From the human T2T-CHM13v2.0 reference genome, Homo sapiens, in assembly GCF_009914755.1 (NCBI RefSeq), contig NC_060941.1: a DNA stretch of 64,000 nt; one strand, 5' to 3'. Under the pieces are notes generated by a model, which saw nothing but the letters and a program-made list of their open reading frames with translations, was not told the origin of the DNA and did no database searches. A program made the position numbers and the translations under genes. Shown in pieces: positions 13,778 to 29,410 of this stretch. The stretch's first letter is position 1; each line of letters begins with the position of its first letter.

Positions 13778-14614
13778 ATACCCTTGAATTATTGTATTGA
13801 GTACTTAGTGTGGAATACCTGGTCTATATGTCTTTCTCCTTTTTGAAAAGGTCAAAAGGCAATTGTTGAATCCTCAGCACCTGATACTAAGATGGCAGAT
13901 AGTAGATGTGCACTAAATATTTATTGGATTGATTACCTGCCGCACCTACTTTCTCTTTCTGAAATACCCTTACTTCTTTTGTCTATGCAAATTCTGTGCC
14001 TCCTTTAGAACTCACCTGTTCAATGAAGTATTTCTTGCTTTGCAGTCCATGCTAATTTCTGAACTCTTACTGTATTCATATGCTGTGCCACACAGCAAAC
14101 TCTAAGGAATCTACAGCAATGACGTAAGTGTCCAAAGCATTTCTGTAATACGTTAATTAATATAGAAACAAAATTACTAATTAACCTGTTAAAAACAAAT
14201 ATTTACTCAGTACTTGCTGTGGTAAGGCACTGTGCTAGTCTTTAAGGGGACATAGGTAAATACTTCCTTCAAGGAGCTTACAGTTTAGTAAGAGGGATAA
14301 AACACACAACAGATAAGTGGTGAGTTTCATAAGGGGTGTATTTTGAGAGTTCAGATTAGGCTAGTTAGAGAGTAAAGGTTTGTGGATTTGATTACTATTG
14401 GGTAAAATTTAAACTACATAAAGTAGGCATTATTAGTCCTGTATTATTGATGAGAAAAAATGACACCCAGAGAATTTAAGGATTGTGACCAACTCATAAT
14501 GATTGATAACTGATAGAGCTGAAATTTAAACCTAGTAAGTCTGCCTGCGGAATCTCTTCCTTTAATCACAACATCAGAGTTTAGAGGTGGTACTGATAAG
14601 AGTTAGCAACACTG

Positions 14615-14911
14615 GGCCGGGCACGGTGGCTCATGACCGTAATCCCAGCACTTTGGGAGGCTGAGGTGGGCAGATCATAAGGTCAAGAGATCTAGACCAT
14701 GCCGGCCAACATGGTGAAACCTTGTCTCTACTAAAAATACAAAAATTACCTGGGCGTGGTGGTGGTGCGCCTGTAGTCCCATCTACTTGGGAGGCTGAGG
14801 CAGGAGAATTGCTTGAACCTGGAGGCGGAGGTTGCAGTGAGCCGAGATTGTGCCACTGCACTCCAGCCCGGCAACAGAGCAAGACTCCATCTCAAAAAAA
14901 AAAAAAAAAAA
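14615..14911 (+). mobile_element. Alu (AluSc-like)
   Basis: Alu dimer, poly(A), TSD-like agcaa(c/t)actg. Confidence 0.92.
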
Positions 14912-15619
14912 GCAATACTGATTGGATATGGGGAATAATGAAGTAGAGCAGGAAAAAGTGACATCAGAGATGGCCTGAATGATGTGATTAAGAAAGTGAT
15001 AGTGCTATTGATAACATAGAGCACATGATAAGACATAAGAGTACGAGGAAAAATCAGTTAATTTGGGGCATACTGATTTTTAGATACCAGTGGGGAGGGG
15101 ACATCTAGCAGTTAGAAATGTCAGACTGGATGTGAAATGCAGTTCAAGATAGGGGAAACCTGAATGGCCACAAAATATCTAAAAGCATGTCTAACCTTAG
15201 TAGGAACTGTGGAAATAGAAGTTAAAAACATGAGCTACCTCATGTTTTACTCAACTGCTAGATTGGAGGGGAATAAGAATTCTTATACAGTACTAGTTTT
15301 AGAGCTATTTGGCAATATCTAGTAAAGTTATATCTGCATATACTCAATAACTCAGAAATTTCATTTTTAGGTAGCTGCCTTAGAGAATCTCTTATGTGCA
15401 AGAATGTTCATTGCAATGGTGTTTGTAAAGGTGAAAAATGTTTAATGTTCATTATAATTAGAGAATAGATAAATCATGGTATACAATAGACTATTATGCA
15501 GTAAAGTGAACTATATCTTCATCTATCAACATGGATAAATCTCAGAAACATAATGTAGAGTGAAAGATGAAAGTTGCCTTTTGTTACTATTGATGAAAAA
15601 AGTAAAGACCTACATCATT

Positions 15620-15957
<338 letters not shown>

Positions 15958-16193
15958 TTAATTTTTTCATATGGGCATATACACATAGAGGATTGTGAAT
16001 TGGAAAAATACATGATATTCTTGTTTTATCTGTCCCCTCTCTCCCCCTTTTGTTGCTTGGGTATTTTAAAGCATATCTCAGAGATCATGTTTCTAACATA
16101 TACAGACTTAAACACACATACACGTGCATGTGCAGCCTGAGTATTTCCACACAAATTAAAGTTAATAATCCTGAATAATATATCTAAGACTAG

Positions 16194-16518
<325 letters not shown>

Positions 16519-16683
16519 TGTCAAAGTTGTCTTTTTTTTTTTTATAGTTGGTTGTTTAAAGATTCCAATGAAGTCTACACGTTGCACTTGGCTTAATGTC
16601 TGTATAAGAGTCTCTTTTAAGGAGTGATTTTTGTTATTTGTTTTAAACAAAAGTGTTAGGATTTTATTTTTATTTTTTTGTAG

Positions 16684-16819
16684 GTTAGAACCATCAGAGA
16701 GCCTTGAGGAAAACCAGCGGAACCTCCTTCAGATGACTGAAAAGTTCTTCCATGCCATCATCAGTTCCTCCTCAGAATTCCCCCCTCAACTTCGAAGTGT
16801 GTGCCACTGTTTATACCAG
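16684..16819 (+). CDS. NF1: Neurofibromin exon 30 (legacy 23-2), 136 nt
   Basis: tttttgtAG acceptor, CAG|GTATGC donor; LEPSESLEENQRNLLQMTEKFFHAIISSSSEFPPQLRSVCHCLYQ. Confidence 0.97.
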
Positions 16820-17654
16820 GTATGCTTACAGTTAGAGATTACCATTATTAATCTAAAGTTAAATTATGAAGAATGCTTTATCAAAGAAGGATCTAGCTGC
16901 TGATGGTGTGTGGTTAACTATAATACTGAGTCAGTTTGGATGAATAATACATTGAGAATTGTTGGAATTGTCTTTGAAAAAAACTTAAATATTACTTAGG
17001 CAACAGTTTGAAGTAAGAGAATACTTTAAAATACTAAATTTTACTTGCATTGGGAGCAAGTTTAAAATGCAGTGAATCCATTGGGTATGATGGATGTGGC
17101 TGAAATGAACATATTATGGATTTTTGTTGTTGTCATCTATTAACCTAAATTATTTACAGGGTGTTTCACAGTTGAGGCGGGTCTCCTCCTTGCTTTTTGC
17201 ATTGTGAATTGCTTGATCATCTGTGATTTTGGTTTCTTCATTAATGTATAATTAGTTTGTGTCAGGTTTTCCCAGGATAGACTGATTGTTCTGTTTACTT
17301 TATGTAGCATATTTCTTAAAAGAGATACTGCATCATCATTCAGACCAAATTATTAGACCTTCTAACACTAGCACTGCAAGTAATGCGTCTGAACTCAGAA
17401 AATAGCCATAGTCATGGCCTTCTTTTTTAGGGAATTCGGTCTATGTTCTTTTATGTCTTCTACTGTGTTTTTGAATTGCACATTGCAGTTTTAGGAATTA
17501 TTTATTCCAAGGGAGGTCCTGCAAATGCATATTAGCCTTTTGGAAACTGTGATTCTGGAAGAAACATTAGTGGGTCTGGAATTTGGGATAGGGGTGGATA
17601 TAAGGGAAATACACAGTTATCAAAACCCATGTCTTTGTGTCTCTCTCTTTGCAG

Positions 17655-17759
17655 AGTCATCGCAGCCATTTGCTTTTTTAGCACACGGCTTCAGTTGCTT
17701 AGAGACGTTAACAGCATCATTGAAATCACCATTTTAAAAGCTGTTTGAGGCTGCTCTAT
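17655..17759 (+). other. Latent 105-nt pseudoexon in NF1 intron 30
   Basis: Strong acceptor tgtctctctctttgCAG, weak donor TAT|GTGAAT; in-frame TAG at 17679-17681. Confidence 0.6.
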
Positions 17760-20637
17760 GTGAATTTTTTCACCATTGCTATTTTTAAAGATGTATCTGT
17801 TCTATCTGTAAAAAAGCTTTTCACGGTATACATAGATGATAAAACATACTTAACCTTGTCTCTCTTAATTTATCATGACTTTTCTGCCTTTACAAAAAGG
17901 CTCAAGGAAACTTAGGAAAATCCTGTATAGTTTTTTCAACTAGTTAAGTCTGAGTCTAAAGGGTAGTTTAGTTATAATATGAAACTTAATACAGTGAATA
18001 TCTTCTCAAGTTTGGGCTGTATTCAGGTTTCTCTTTAAATTTTATTTAGTAATTGTTCTATTGATGAAACTAGGCAGACAGGAAATAGCACATATTAAAA
18101 ATAGTCTGGGTCAGCTTCTTGGTTGGCCTAGTAGTAACTGGTTTCAGAGAGCAAGTGGGTTTCTAAAATGACAGAGGCTTTGACTTTAGCTGGTTAAAAG
18201 TGAATGGGGACTGACTACATGATTACATGGTCTAGGAGATTGTAGTAGAATTTCTTCATGTGGTTGTCATCCTAAAAGAAAAATCTTTTTGTATCATGAG
18301 CAAAGTTGGAGACCGTTTTGAGACCATGATTCTAATAATGTAAAAGGAACAGGTCTTAGCACTTATTTAGTACTTAGGAAATATTTAATGAAGAAATAAA
18401 TTTCCCATCCCTCCCACCTAAGTAAACAAGATTCTTGCCAGCTTTCACAGCTAAGAAAGGAGGAAAATAGTGAAAATAGATTTTTAAACACTATATGTGG
18501 TGATTATTAAACAGTATGTTATGCTTTTTAGAGCACTTCACAGTAAAATATCCTATATTATTTTAATAACAAACCTGGTTTATTATGTTAAAATTTCACA
18601 TAAAATTATTATCTTTAAAAACATGAATTAAAGGTGGTATCAGTGCATTGTTTAAGTATTGGGTAAAAGCATTGTTGAAGAGCAGAGACAGCATGCTGTG
18701 TTGTTATTAAATAAGGCTTTATTTTTTAATTAGTAACTGGTAACAGGGAATGTTACATTTACTGATTAGAAAGAAAGATAGGAAAAAAGCTTTGGTCTCA
18801 AGATAGTATTTTATTGAGTCTGCTTCCCAAACCTAGTTTATTTCTTTTGGTTTGCTCTTTTGTTTTTATTCATCTTCCCTCTTCTGGCTTTTTCTTGCCC
18901 CTTTGCCTTTGGCAGTAACAGAAAGGTACCTTCCTGCTCTTCTGTGTTCTGCCTGGAGGGATAGTAGTCCCTTTGGGACCTACTGGGGAAATGTTGAAAG
19001 GGAAGTGAGTATATTGCTAGCTAATAAACTTCCCTGGACTTTAGCTCCTTTTTTGAGTTCATATCTTGGCCTTTAAGCCTTTTCAAATCATGTGTTAACC
19101 AGCTCTATTACTTTATATACCTTCCTTCCTTAGTTGACTGGATTAAGGTTATTTAAGAATAGCCAACTGTGAACATGTGTCAGATTTATAATTAAATCAT
19201 TTTCTCATGTGTTGTTTTCACTTCTCCTGATGGTTTTAGGATAAAGATAAAATGATTCCCAAAGTGGATATTCTCGTATGGTGAGAGAATTCTAAGAACT
19301 AATTTATGATTCTAAATAAATCTCACCCTTTTTCAGTAAATCTGCTTCTCCAAACTGAAGTAGTTTACACACAGTTTTAAGGCTATAAATGATAGTTATA
19401 TACCACTGTTACTAATACATTTGTATATAGTCTAAAGTTTGAAACAAAGCTCTGTGAGCTAAGGGGCTGTGTCTTGTTGTTTTACTGCTATTTCCCAATG
19501 CCTAGAATGGTATTTGACCTGTAGGTACACAGTAACTCTTTGGATGGATGAATGGGTGGGTGGATGAATGGATGTCTAACTAACTTAAAGCCCAAGTTAT
19601 GGGTTATGGTGTTGGATGTCCAGAATTCCCAGAATAAGATGCCATCTATTTGTGGATTAAATAATTCTAACATGGTTTTAAAAATATTTTTAAAATAATT
19701 ATTCTGCCTAGGCTAGTCCAATCAAGAGTCTTTTAATTTTGAAAGAAATCTTTGGTCTAGAAAGAGCTCTGAGAGATGAAACCAATATGTGCCTGGAGTT
19801 TTGGGGGTTTTTTAGGTGGCTTTTTTTTTTTTTTTTTTTAAGATATTTTGATAAATGGTCAACTGTAATATGTGAAAAGTTTTAAGCAGGCCTACAGTTT
19901 TGTTCTGTAATTTTCTCTGCAGTTTCTTCACTTTAATAATATTAATGCTTCTTACTAGTTGAGCTGATAACCTTCTTCTCCCAAATGTTGCAGAGCTTTT
20001 AACCTCCTCTGATTAGAACCATTTCAGGAAGTAGCCTGCAAACATTGAAAAATATGTGAAATGTTAAGAGTAATCTTTTTTAGAGAGAGAGGTCTTTAAT
20101 TCAGAATTTCTAAAGTGAATTTTTATATTTATCCATATAATTTTTATTTCTTTATTCAGTAGGATCATAATTAAATGCCAGGTGTTGGAAAAAGAACTTA
20201 AAGTCAATTGAAGGATACACAGAGAAGAATTTTACATACCAAGAAAAAATTATGTAGACACAAATGTTTTTAGTGTGTGATCTACTTGTAATGAATATTT
20301 TATATTACATTTCTCAAAAGCTAGGAATTAACCAAAATGTAAATATTTAATATCCTCAAATTCACTTGGAGAGAGTTTTTCTGTGATTCATAGCCAGAAA
20401 TAGTAGACATGATTGGGTCTCAACATTTCTTGCTGTTTTAGTGCTTGGCTTAAAAATGTAATAAAAATTAAAACCCAGAATTAAAATTCATTCCTCAAAA
20501 TTCAGTTGATTTCTAATTTTTTGTTGATTCCATTTGTGTTACATTTTATGGTGTAATTTTATGTACAAGCCAACATTGTTTTTGTTGCTGTATGTAGTCG
20601 GTGCTGTGACTTGTTTGTGCTCATCTCTGTTCTGTAG

Positions 20638-20700
20638 GCAACTTGCCACTCCCTACTGAATAAAGCTACAGTAAAAGAAAAAAAGGAAAACAAAAAATCA
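20638..20700 (+). CDS. NF1: Neurofibromin alternatively spliced exon 31 (legacy 23a), 63 nt, 21-aa insert in the GAP domain
   Basis: ttctgtAG acceptor, TCA|GTAAGT donor; ATCHSLLNKATVKEKKENKKS, phase 0-0 cassette. Confidence 0.96.
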
Positions 20701-21683
20701 GTAAGTTTGGAGAACTTTTTATTAGCTGTTTCTTTCAAAGCAAAACAAAAATCTTTTGCTGTTTGTTAAGAATATCTTCACTTCAGCCTATTTGACCTTC
20801 ACTGTAAAATCATTCTACTAATTCTGGCACAAAATAGCTTTCATTTCAATTAACCCTGGAATTAAGTTACATTGAAACATTCTCTGTGTTCCTTTGGTTT
20901 GATTTATCCCAAAGGCAATTTGTGGGCATTTGTTGCATTGGATATCCTTGGTCTAATTTTATTATTGTTACTTTTTAAATTATAAATGAATGCAAAGAAA
21001 CTTAATTTCAAGGCCTTAGGAAACGCTGACTGTCTTCATTCTTGCTTCTTGTTTGAAGGTAATGTGAGTGGTTTCTTTTCCCAGAGATGACAGTGTTTCT
21101 TAATTGTTAGAAGTATATGGTGGGAAAGAGTCACTTTCTAAATCTTACCTAAAAGTTGCTAAATTTTATTTTTTTACTCTTCATATTTTTATCTAGGCAG
21201 TCTCAGGCATAATTTAGATATTTGTGCATAGATTATAGAAATTTTAATGGTAAAACTACTTTTACCTCAAAAAAATAAGAGGTAAATGATAAGATAGTAC
21301 TTTTGAGATAAAAGAAAACTGAGTTCATATTTGTAGAAAAACACATCATTCTGCAAACATAATGTGAATATACTATCTGCTTCTATGAACTTGCCTTGAT
21401 TTATTTAAAAGGAAGAAAATTATGAGAGTCGTAATTATTTTCTTCCAGTGAATGGAATTTGTCCAAAATATAATATGCATTCATTTTACATTTGCCATTA
21501 TCTGTCACAGTGACTTATCAGGCTGAGCCCTGTCTTTGTTCATATAATCCAAATGATTGTAGAGTAAGATGTAAAGAAAACTAAGTAGGTAGTTTTCTTA
21601 AAAGGGTGTAATTTAGAATACAGTGTTCATCTGGTTTCATCTTTCATGCCTTATCTAAACTTTACATATAATAAAAGCTTTAT

Positions 21684-22004
<321 letters not shown>

Positions 22005-23808
22005 GCTTTACATATAAGTTTCTAAGCTGTACATATAAATTATCTAAGCTTTAAATATAGATTTTTAAAATTCAAATCAAAATTTAAATTTATAGACATA
22101 TACTTTTGTTGTGTCCATTGAAGATTTTATTTTTGATTATATTAAGTAAATTTGCCTAGCTATGATCAAATTGATTGGATTATAAAGACGTTTCTAATGC
22201 TTCAGCCTTCTAATTCTCAGCATATGTGAGTTTAACATAATGTACACCATCATTGTTGAAATTAATTTGCTGCTTCTAACACTCTTGTTCAGTGTTATAC
22301 TAATGCCATTTTGTAGTGTATCACATAATTAAAATTCAGGCTTTCTGTGTTTCTCTAGAGCATGTTTTCTAGCCTTTCTAACACTGCTTTATTTATTAAG
22401 ATTATGTCTAAAATTGTTTCTTGAAATGTTTTTTTTTCTACTAGAGTTATTTTCAAAAAATTTTTTTTTAATTTCTGGGTAACACCAAGTTTTGGAATGT
22501 ATTTCTCAGCACAGGTAATACGAGCTCCTCATGGAAACAAGGGGAATCTAATTGGTAATTCGAGATATTTTAGAGTACATTCCAAAGTATGAAGACAGTA
22601 TACTCATAAATTTAAAATGTTGTTTTATGGAGTTGTGTGCTTTAACAAAACCTAATGATATTTAAGAGCAAGCTGACTTTCTTTTTGGGTGTATATGTCA
22701 TGGATTGGAATATGTAAAATATAGAGAGAAGATCTGGCTTCTAGTATATAGCTGTGTAGTCACATTACAAATAACTGTTTATTATTCTCAAATATATAGT
22801 GTATAATGAGGTTTACTTTGAAAGTTAACTGTCTGCCTAACTCAGGGAGAATGCAGTAACTAAGCATATATGGGTAGTAATGCTCTTGCTGAAGTGTAGT
22901 TTATGACTACATGCATTCGCGTTATGTAGTCAGCTTTTACCAAGGGAAGAAAGGGTACATTTGGCTGATAACTGGTCTCAACACACAGACTGGCCCAAGT
23001 TTGACCTTTTATGCAGAATGTCTTTTGGATCCAAATTAGATTTTTATGGATTAAAAAAAACACTAGAGCATGTATGTATTATGAGGTAAAATTACATTGA
23101 TGTCAATTAGTGGTGAATGAAAAAAAAACAGTCCTTTTATAAGTTGACTTACGAAACTTGTTATGTAGCATTTTTATTGGTTTTTAAAATCAGTTTTTAG
23201 TTCCAAAATTATATTGATTCTGCCATCAGTGATACATATATTTATATGATACATGAGACAGTATGTGTTCCTGAGGTGTCGATATTTTGGGTTTTGACAT
23301 GAATTATTTTTAAAGATGTGGAAGATGGTAAAAGTGTAGTACTTTTCATAAAGTTTACAATATGCTTTTGGGAAATCACTCAGTTTTTCATTAAATTCTG
23401 AGGCTGAGTACCATTAAATCAGGTGTAAATATGAGTCACATTTTAAAACTTCTTTGTCCTAGAGAAAACCGGTAAATAGCTACTTTCAAAGAAGTATTTT
23501 GTCTAATTGATGATAACCATTACAAATTTCCTTGTTCCTTCTCCACTCCCAGTGCTTCATTTTACTAGCATAAAAAATAAAACAGTATTTTGAAAGCTCT
23601 CCATGTGTTTCACAGCAGGTTAACATTTTATAAACTAACTGGTTCTTTGAAAATTAAACTATGGGTTTTAGTTTTGTAAAAACTTTTAGAATTTTAATGA
23701 GTTAAACGTATGAGATGCTAATTCTTTTAAAATAATCTATTTTAAAATAATTATAAAGCAGTTTTTAATCCTTTTCCCTCCTGCTAACTCACTCCTTAAA
23801 GGCTTTAA

Positions 23809-24202
<394 letters not shown>

Positions 24203-24797
24203 TGAATATTCTAAAATTATGTGAAGAATTTTGTGTGTGTGAATGCATACATTCATTTTTCTAACCTTTATCAGATTTCAAAGAGGTTCCTCGTCCCCAG
24301 AAGGTTCAACACCGTACTGGAATAGTCAAAGCACTGGAATTTTTTCTTAATTTTACATCTTTCTATAGTTTTAGCTAAAACTTCTGTATCTAATTCTAAA
24401 TGTATATATTTGAGCTAAAAATAAATGGTATTTAGGTTTTAAAGCCATTCTAATAAAGCAGCTATATTTAGTCACCTTCACCAGTTTCCCCTTATTTAAG
24501 GGTTAAGGTTGTTCTTCATGCAATAAACACTGTAACATAAAGAAAGCTTCCTGAACTATGTGTAGTGTAACTGAAGATGGAACTATATTAGTTACAACTG
24601 ACCTCTTTTTATCACCTCTTACAAATATTTTCTCTAAAATCTAGTTTTTACTAACTTCCTGTTAGAGATTATAGAAAGCTATTTTGAGGTTATAAGCAGT
24701 GATAACACATTTAAAATGTGGACTGCATGAAGCACTACATTGAACAAGATGAAGTGAAATAATCCCCATTTTTTCCAGAGTTAATCTGGAGTCAGCC

Positions 24798-24845
24798 TGT
24801 CATAATTTGTGTCATAATTTCCTGTCATAAATTATGACAGGAAAT
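24798..24845. repeat. Three direct TGTCATAA copies plus a 14-bp perfect inverted repeat
   Basis: atttcctgtcataa-a-ttatgacaggaaat at 24817-24845. Confidence 0.9.
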
Positions 24846-26043
24846 ATTTATTGAAGCATTGTGAAAAAAATAGCTACGTGATATTCCGCATGTAAATCTG
24901 GGTCCCCTCCCACCAATATCCTTTGAAATGAAGGTTTATCCTTGACATCACAGAATATTGAGTGGAATGCTACAGTTTTGTAGTCACTGCTACTTTAAAC
25001 AGCAGTTTAGCCGCACTAAGCAAGAATAGCTGTAGAGATTAAAATGTTACATTAAGTGTTCTTTAAAAATGAACATATATAGTATATATAAAAATGTAAA
25101 CTGCAAAATATAATTTTCATCTATGACATGATTTAAAGCAGGGGACTCTGGAAAGGGATGGGAGCTGAACCAGTTTTATAGCACTCTTCCCGAGCTAAGG
25201 TACCTTTTTATCTTAATGTAGAATGTTTTATAAAGGGAAAATCATCCATTTTAAATATTGGGTTCACATTGCTTTTCAGGCTGGACAACCATTTCTTGAG
25301 TTCTTAAATTATTTTTATTTGACAGAATTATAAATTGAGGTAGACATAGGGGTTCTCTCTTCTGGTGAGATCCTTTTTTCTTTTAGGTCCCCAAGAATTC
25401 CCATCCCTCCATGGTTTAAATAATAGGTAGGTTCTTGTATTATAAAGGAAGCTGTGAAGAAAAGGCACTGGCAGTAACATTACTTGTAAGTAAGTTTTTT
25501 TTTTTCTCAGTAAGAATCTAATATTTTATTTTGTATATGGCAAGCATTTTTTTCTTAAATTCAATTGTAACTGGTACACAACAAAATGTAAATATGTACT
25601 ATCAGGTATAGGATGTTTTGGGGGTGTGCTGTTGAAAATTTAGTTTCACGTTATAAAGTTGACCACACTTTCATGTCTGTTAATCTTAGTAAATTATGAT
25701 CATCTTTGTGTGAAAAATTTGGTCTGCTTTCATTACTCATCAAACATGCAGTATAAGTGATGATACAGTGAAGATCTTTTTTCAGGTTTCTTCTACCCAT
25801 CTCATCCATGAGGTTTTTCTTTCCTCTGAGATACCTTAATTGTACTTTAATATGATATAAGACTAGAATTGAGAGGAAACTTTATTTTCTCATGTTTTGG
25901 GAGAAGAAAAAAATAGAAATATGTCATTCATGAGGACTGATTGATTCAGAGTTTTTATGCAAAGTTTGACCTTTGAACTCTTTGTTTTCATGTCTTTATA
26001 TTAATTCAAACCTTATACTCAATTCTCAACTCCTTGTTTTTAG

Positions 26044-26202
26044 GTGGTTAGCCAGCGTTTCCCTCAGAACAGCATCGGTGCAGTAGGAAGTGCCATGTTC
26101 CTCAGATTTATCAATCCTGCCATTGTCTCACCGTATGAAGCAGGGATTTTAGATAAAAAGCCACCACCTAGAATCGAAAGGGGCTTGAAGTTAATGTCAA
26201 AG
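26044..26202 (+). CDS. NF1: Neurofibromin exon 32 (legacy 24), 159 nt; FLR motif
   Basis: gtttttAG acceptor, AAG|GTGAAT donor; VVSQRFPQNSIGAVGSAMFLRFINPAIVSPYEAGILDKKPPPRIERGLKLMSK. Confidence 0.97.
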
Positions 26203-26731
26203 GTGAATTATTTTGATAATCTAGCTATCTTAAATTCCCCTTCCAACTAAATTTTCAGCTTTTCTTACAGTACTTCCTCTTACATTTATATTTGAAATAC
26301 CCTATGGTTTTCAGTTATGTGCTTTTGTTTTATTTGTTTATATTACAAAGGAATTCATTAGTTAGGTACCTGATGGACCTTATTTTCATGATAAAACATT
26401 TTATTATAGCAGATGTCTTGTGTTATGAAGATCATTTTTTGCGTAATCATTCTAGACATTCTGAAACAGACTAGAATGTAGACTATAGGATTTTTTATTT
26501 TAAAAGTCATTAAACATTTTTAATATGTATTTTTACATGTAAATATAATAATTATATTTGGGAAGGTTAGAAACACTACCTAAAATAATTTATAGAATGA
26601 GGAATGTTTGATTTTTAAGTACTAGCAGAAATTATATCAATGAGAAAATTCATGTTTTTAAAGAATGTCTTAATGTATAGACTTCATACAATAAATAATC
26701 TGATTATTTATAACCCTGTTTTATTGTGTAG

Positions 26732-26829
26732 ATACTTCAGAGTATTGCCAATCATGTTCTCTTCACAAAAGAAGAACATATGCGGCCTTTCAATGATTTT
26801 GTGAAAAGCAACTTTGATGCAGCACGCAG
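26732..26829 (+). CDS. NF1: Neurofibromin exon 33 (legacy 25), 98 nt
   Basis: tgtgtAG acceptor, CAG|GTAATT donor; ILQSIANHVLFTKEEHMRPFNDFVKSNFDAAR(R). Confidence 0.96.
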
Positions 26830-28068
26830 GTAATTTTCTTGCCACTTACTCAGTTGCTCTGTTTGAATCAAATATTTTCGGTTTCACATAAATCCATGTA
26901 CCTGTTTTACATGAAGTTCCTGTGTAAGTTTTTTTCTTTTCCTGCTCTAGGTCAAGACATAGCTTGTCTTATTTTATTTTACTATAAAAGACAGTCATGA
27001 AATAAATTAATATTTTTTATAATTTGGTAGTGATTTTCATATTTGAAAACCAAGAGGGATTTTTGACATGTCTAATTAAATAAAGGATTTGAGGATGGTA
27101 CAATATGTGGACAAGGAAGAAGTAGGATTCTTTTTATTTAAAACTAAAACCAAATTGGTATCAATAATACATAACAATGTTTAATAAGGTTTTTTTGATG
27201 TTAGAGTATTTGTGATACTTAAATTTGGAAGTGTATCTAAACTAAAATGTTATTCTTTAAACCAAGTCAAACAAACACATAAGATTTTGTTTATGAGGAA
27301 CTGAACTTTATGATTTTAGAAAACTTTTCTGCTAGATTTCTATAACTAGTTATTTCACTTTATTTCTCTGAGTTATTGGTCTATCTGTAAAGTAGGGATA
27401 AACTCTTTGCCTGAGTTGTTTTTAGAGAAAAAAATGAGATAATTCATAAGAAAGCGCTTTGTAAATTTATGTCTGGAATTCTGCTTTTCATGCAGTGTGA
27501 ATCTAATTGATCCTCATCATCTAAGCTAGCCTTGTACAACTCTCTCTTCCAGTTTATCATCATTGTAGTTGTTACTGACTTTTTTTCTGTTAGAGAAATT
27601 GGAGTTGAAAAGGTATATTGCTGAATGACAAGCCATGTTGGAAAGAGAGTGAATGTCAGCATAGGATTCATATTCTGGCACTCTGTGTACCCATACAAAG
27701 TTAAAAGGATCAAAGTTTTAATCCTGGCTCTGACCTAGCAGGCTATATATCTTTGGGGAGGTCTTTCGTCTGGACCTTCATTTCCTTATCTGTAAAATAC
27801 TAGCCTCTTTCCAAAGTTTCATCCATCTTAATTTTGTTGTTGTTTAACTTCAGAGCCTACTTTGAAGCTGAAGCCGGGTATCAGAAATGGAAAGCCAACT
27901 TTCTCCTTGTCCTTTTTGCTTTGTCTAATGTCAAGTCACATTGTGTGAACAAGCCCTCCATATTTGTAATCTTAGTTACTTCACAAAGTTACTTCTTATA
28001 AATTTAATTCAAACATAAGTCTGGGTGTATCTGGTGTTGAAAATTCTAATGACTTTGCATTTTTGAAG

Positions 28069-28215
28069 GTTTTTCCTTGATATAGCATCTGATTGTCCTA
28101 CAAGTGATGCAGTAAATCATAGTCTTTCCTTCATAAGTGACGGCAATGTGCTTGCTTTACATCGTCTACTCTGGAACAATCAGGAGAAAATTGGGCAGTA
28201 TCTTTCCAGCAACAG
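28069..28215 (+). CDS. NF1: Neurofibromin exon 34 (legacy 26), 147 nt
   Basis: tttttgaAG acceptor, CAG|GTAAGA donor; FFLDIASDCPTSDAVNHSLSFISDGNVLALHRLLWNNQEKIGQYLSSN(R). Confidence 0.96.
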
Positions 28216-28647
28216 GTAAGATTTCCCAGTCATGGGGATAGTGAACACTCTCCGTTTAAATTTAGATTAATACAATTATTGGTCATGAATAGTGCTTTTT
28301 ACTTTGCATCTTCTTGGACTAAGAATTATGGTTTAGAAAGAGAAAGATTCTTTTTTTCAAAAAAATACAAACAAAAGGTTAAGTCATATTAAATAATCAA
28401 CAAACCTACCTAGGTTCCAGTGGTCATTATTATTATTTTTTTGTCAGGTTAAGAAATCACAGATTTGCTCTTTGGGTTTTTATGGCTTGCAGATTGTTAT
28501 AGATCCAAAGAAGTTCAGATTAGCGTTGGCATTTGACTCTGAAGAACAGCCAATTCGTAGGAATTCAGTAATTAAAATATTGTCAGTGTTTTAATTCTAT
28601 GATAAACTCATTCGTGATACTCTTAAGTATATGCAAATAAAGCTTTA

Positions 28648-28965
<318 letters not shown>

Positions 28966-29410
28966 ATACTTAAAAATCAAAATTATTAATTTGGGCATTG
29001 TTTCATTAGCTCTTATTAGTCTCTTGTGTAACATAAATTACTTGCTGTCCCATCTAGTTATATAAACTTGTAAAGGGACCAAATTCCTATGTATGAAGAG
29101 TTCCTTACAAAGGAAGAATGAGTCCAAATTATTTTTAAATGCCAATAAAAATGATTAGCACATTCACGGGAAAAGTAGTGGACTGTGAAGCTAAGGGTAA
29201 GCAATTGGGAGATGGGAGTTTAAATGACAGGGCATTTTAATCTTTTATGAATTATTAATGGATTGAAGTAGACATGGTCCTGAGGTCTTTTTGGTGCTGT
29301 TTACAAATCAGCTGACAGTAAAAGGAAAAGCAACCAGTTACAAGTTAAAGAAATGTGTAGTGCTAAATGTGAACTGCTAATTTTTTTTCTAAGTAGTTTG
29401 CTGTATCTAG

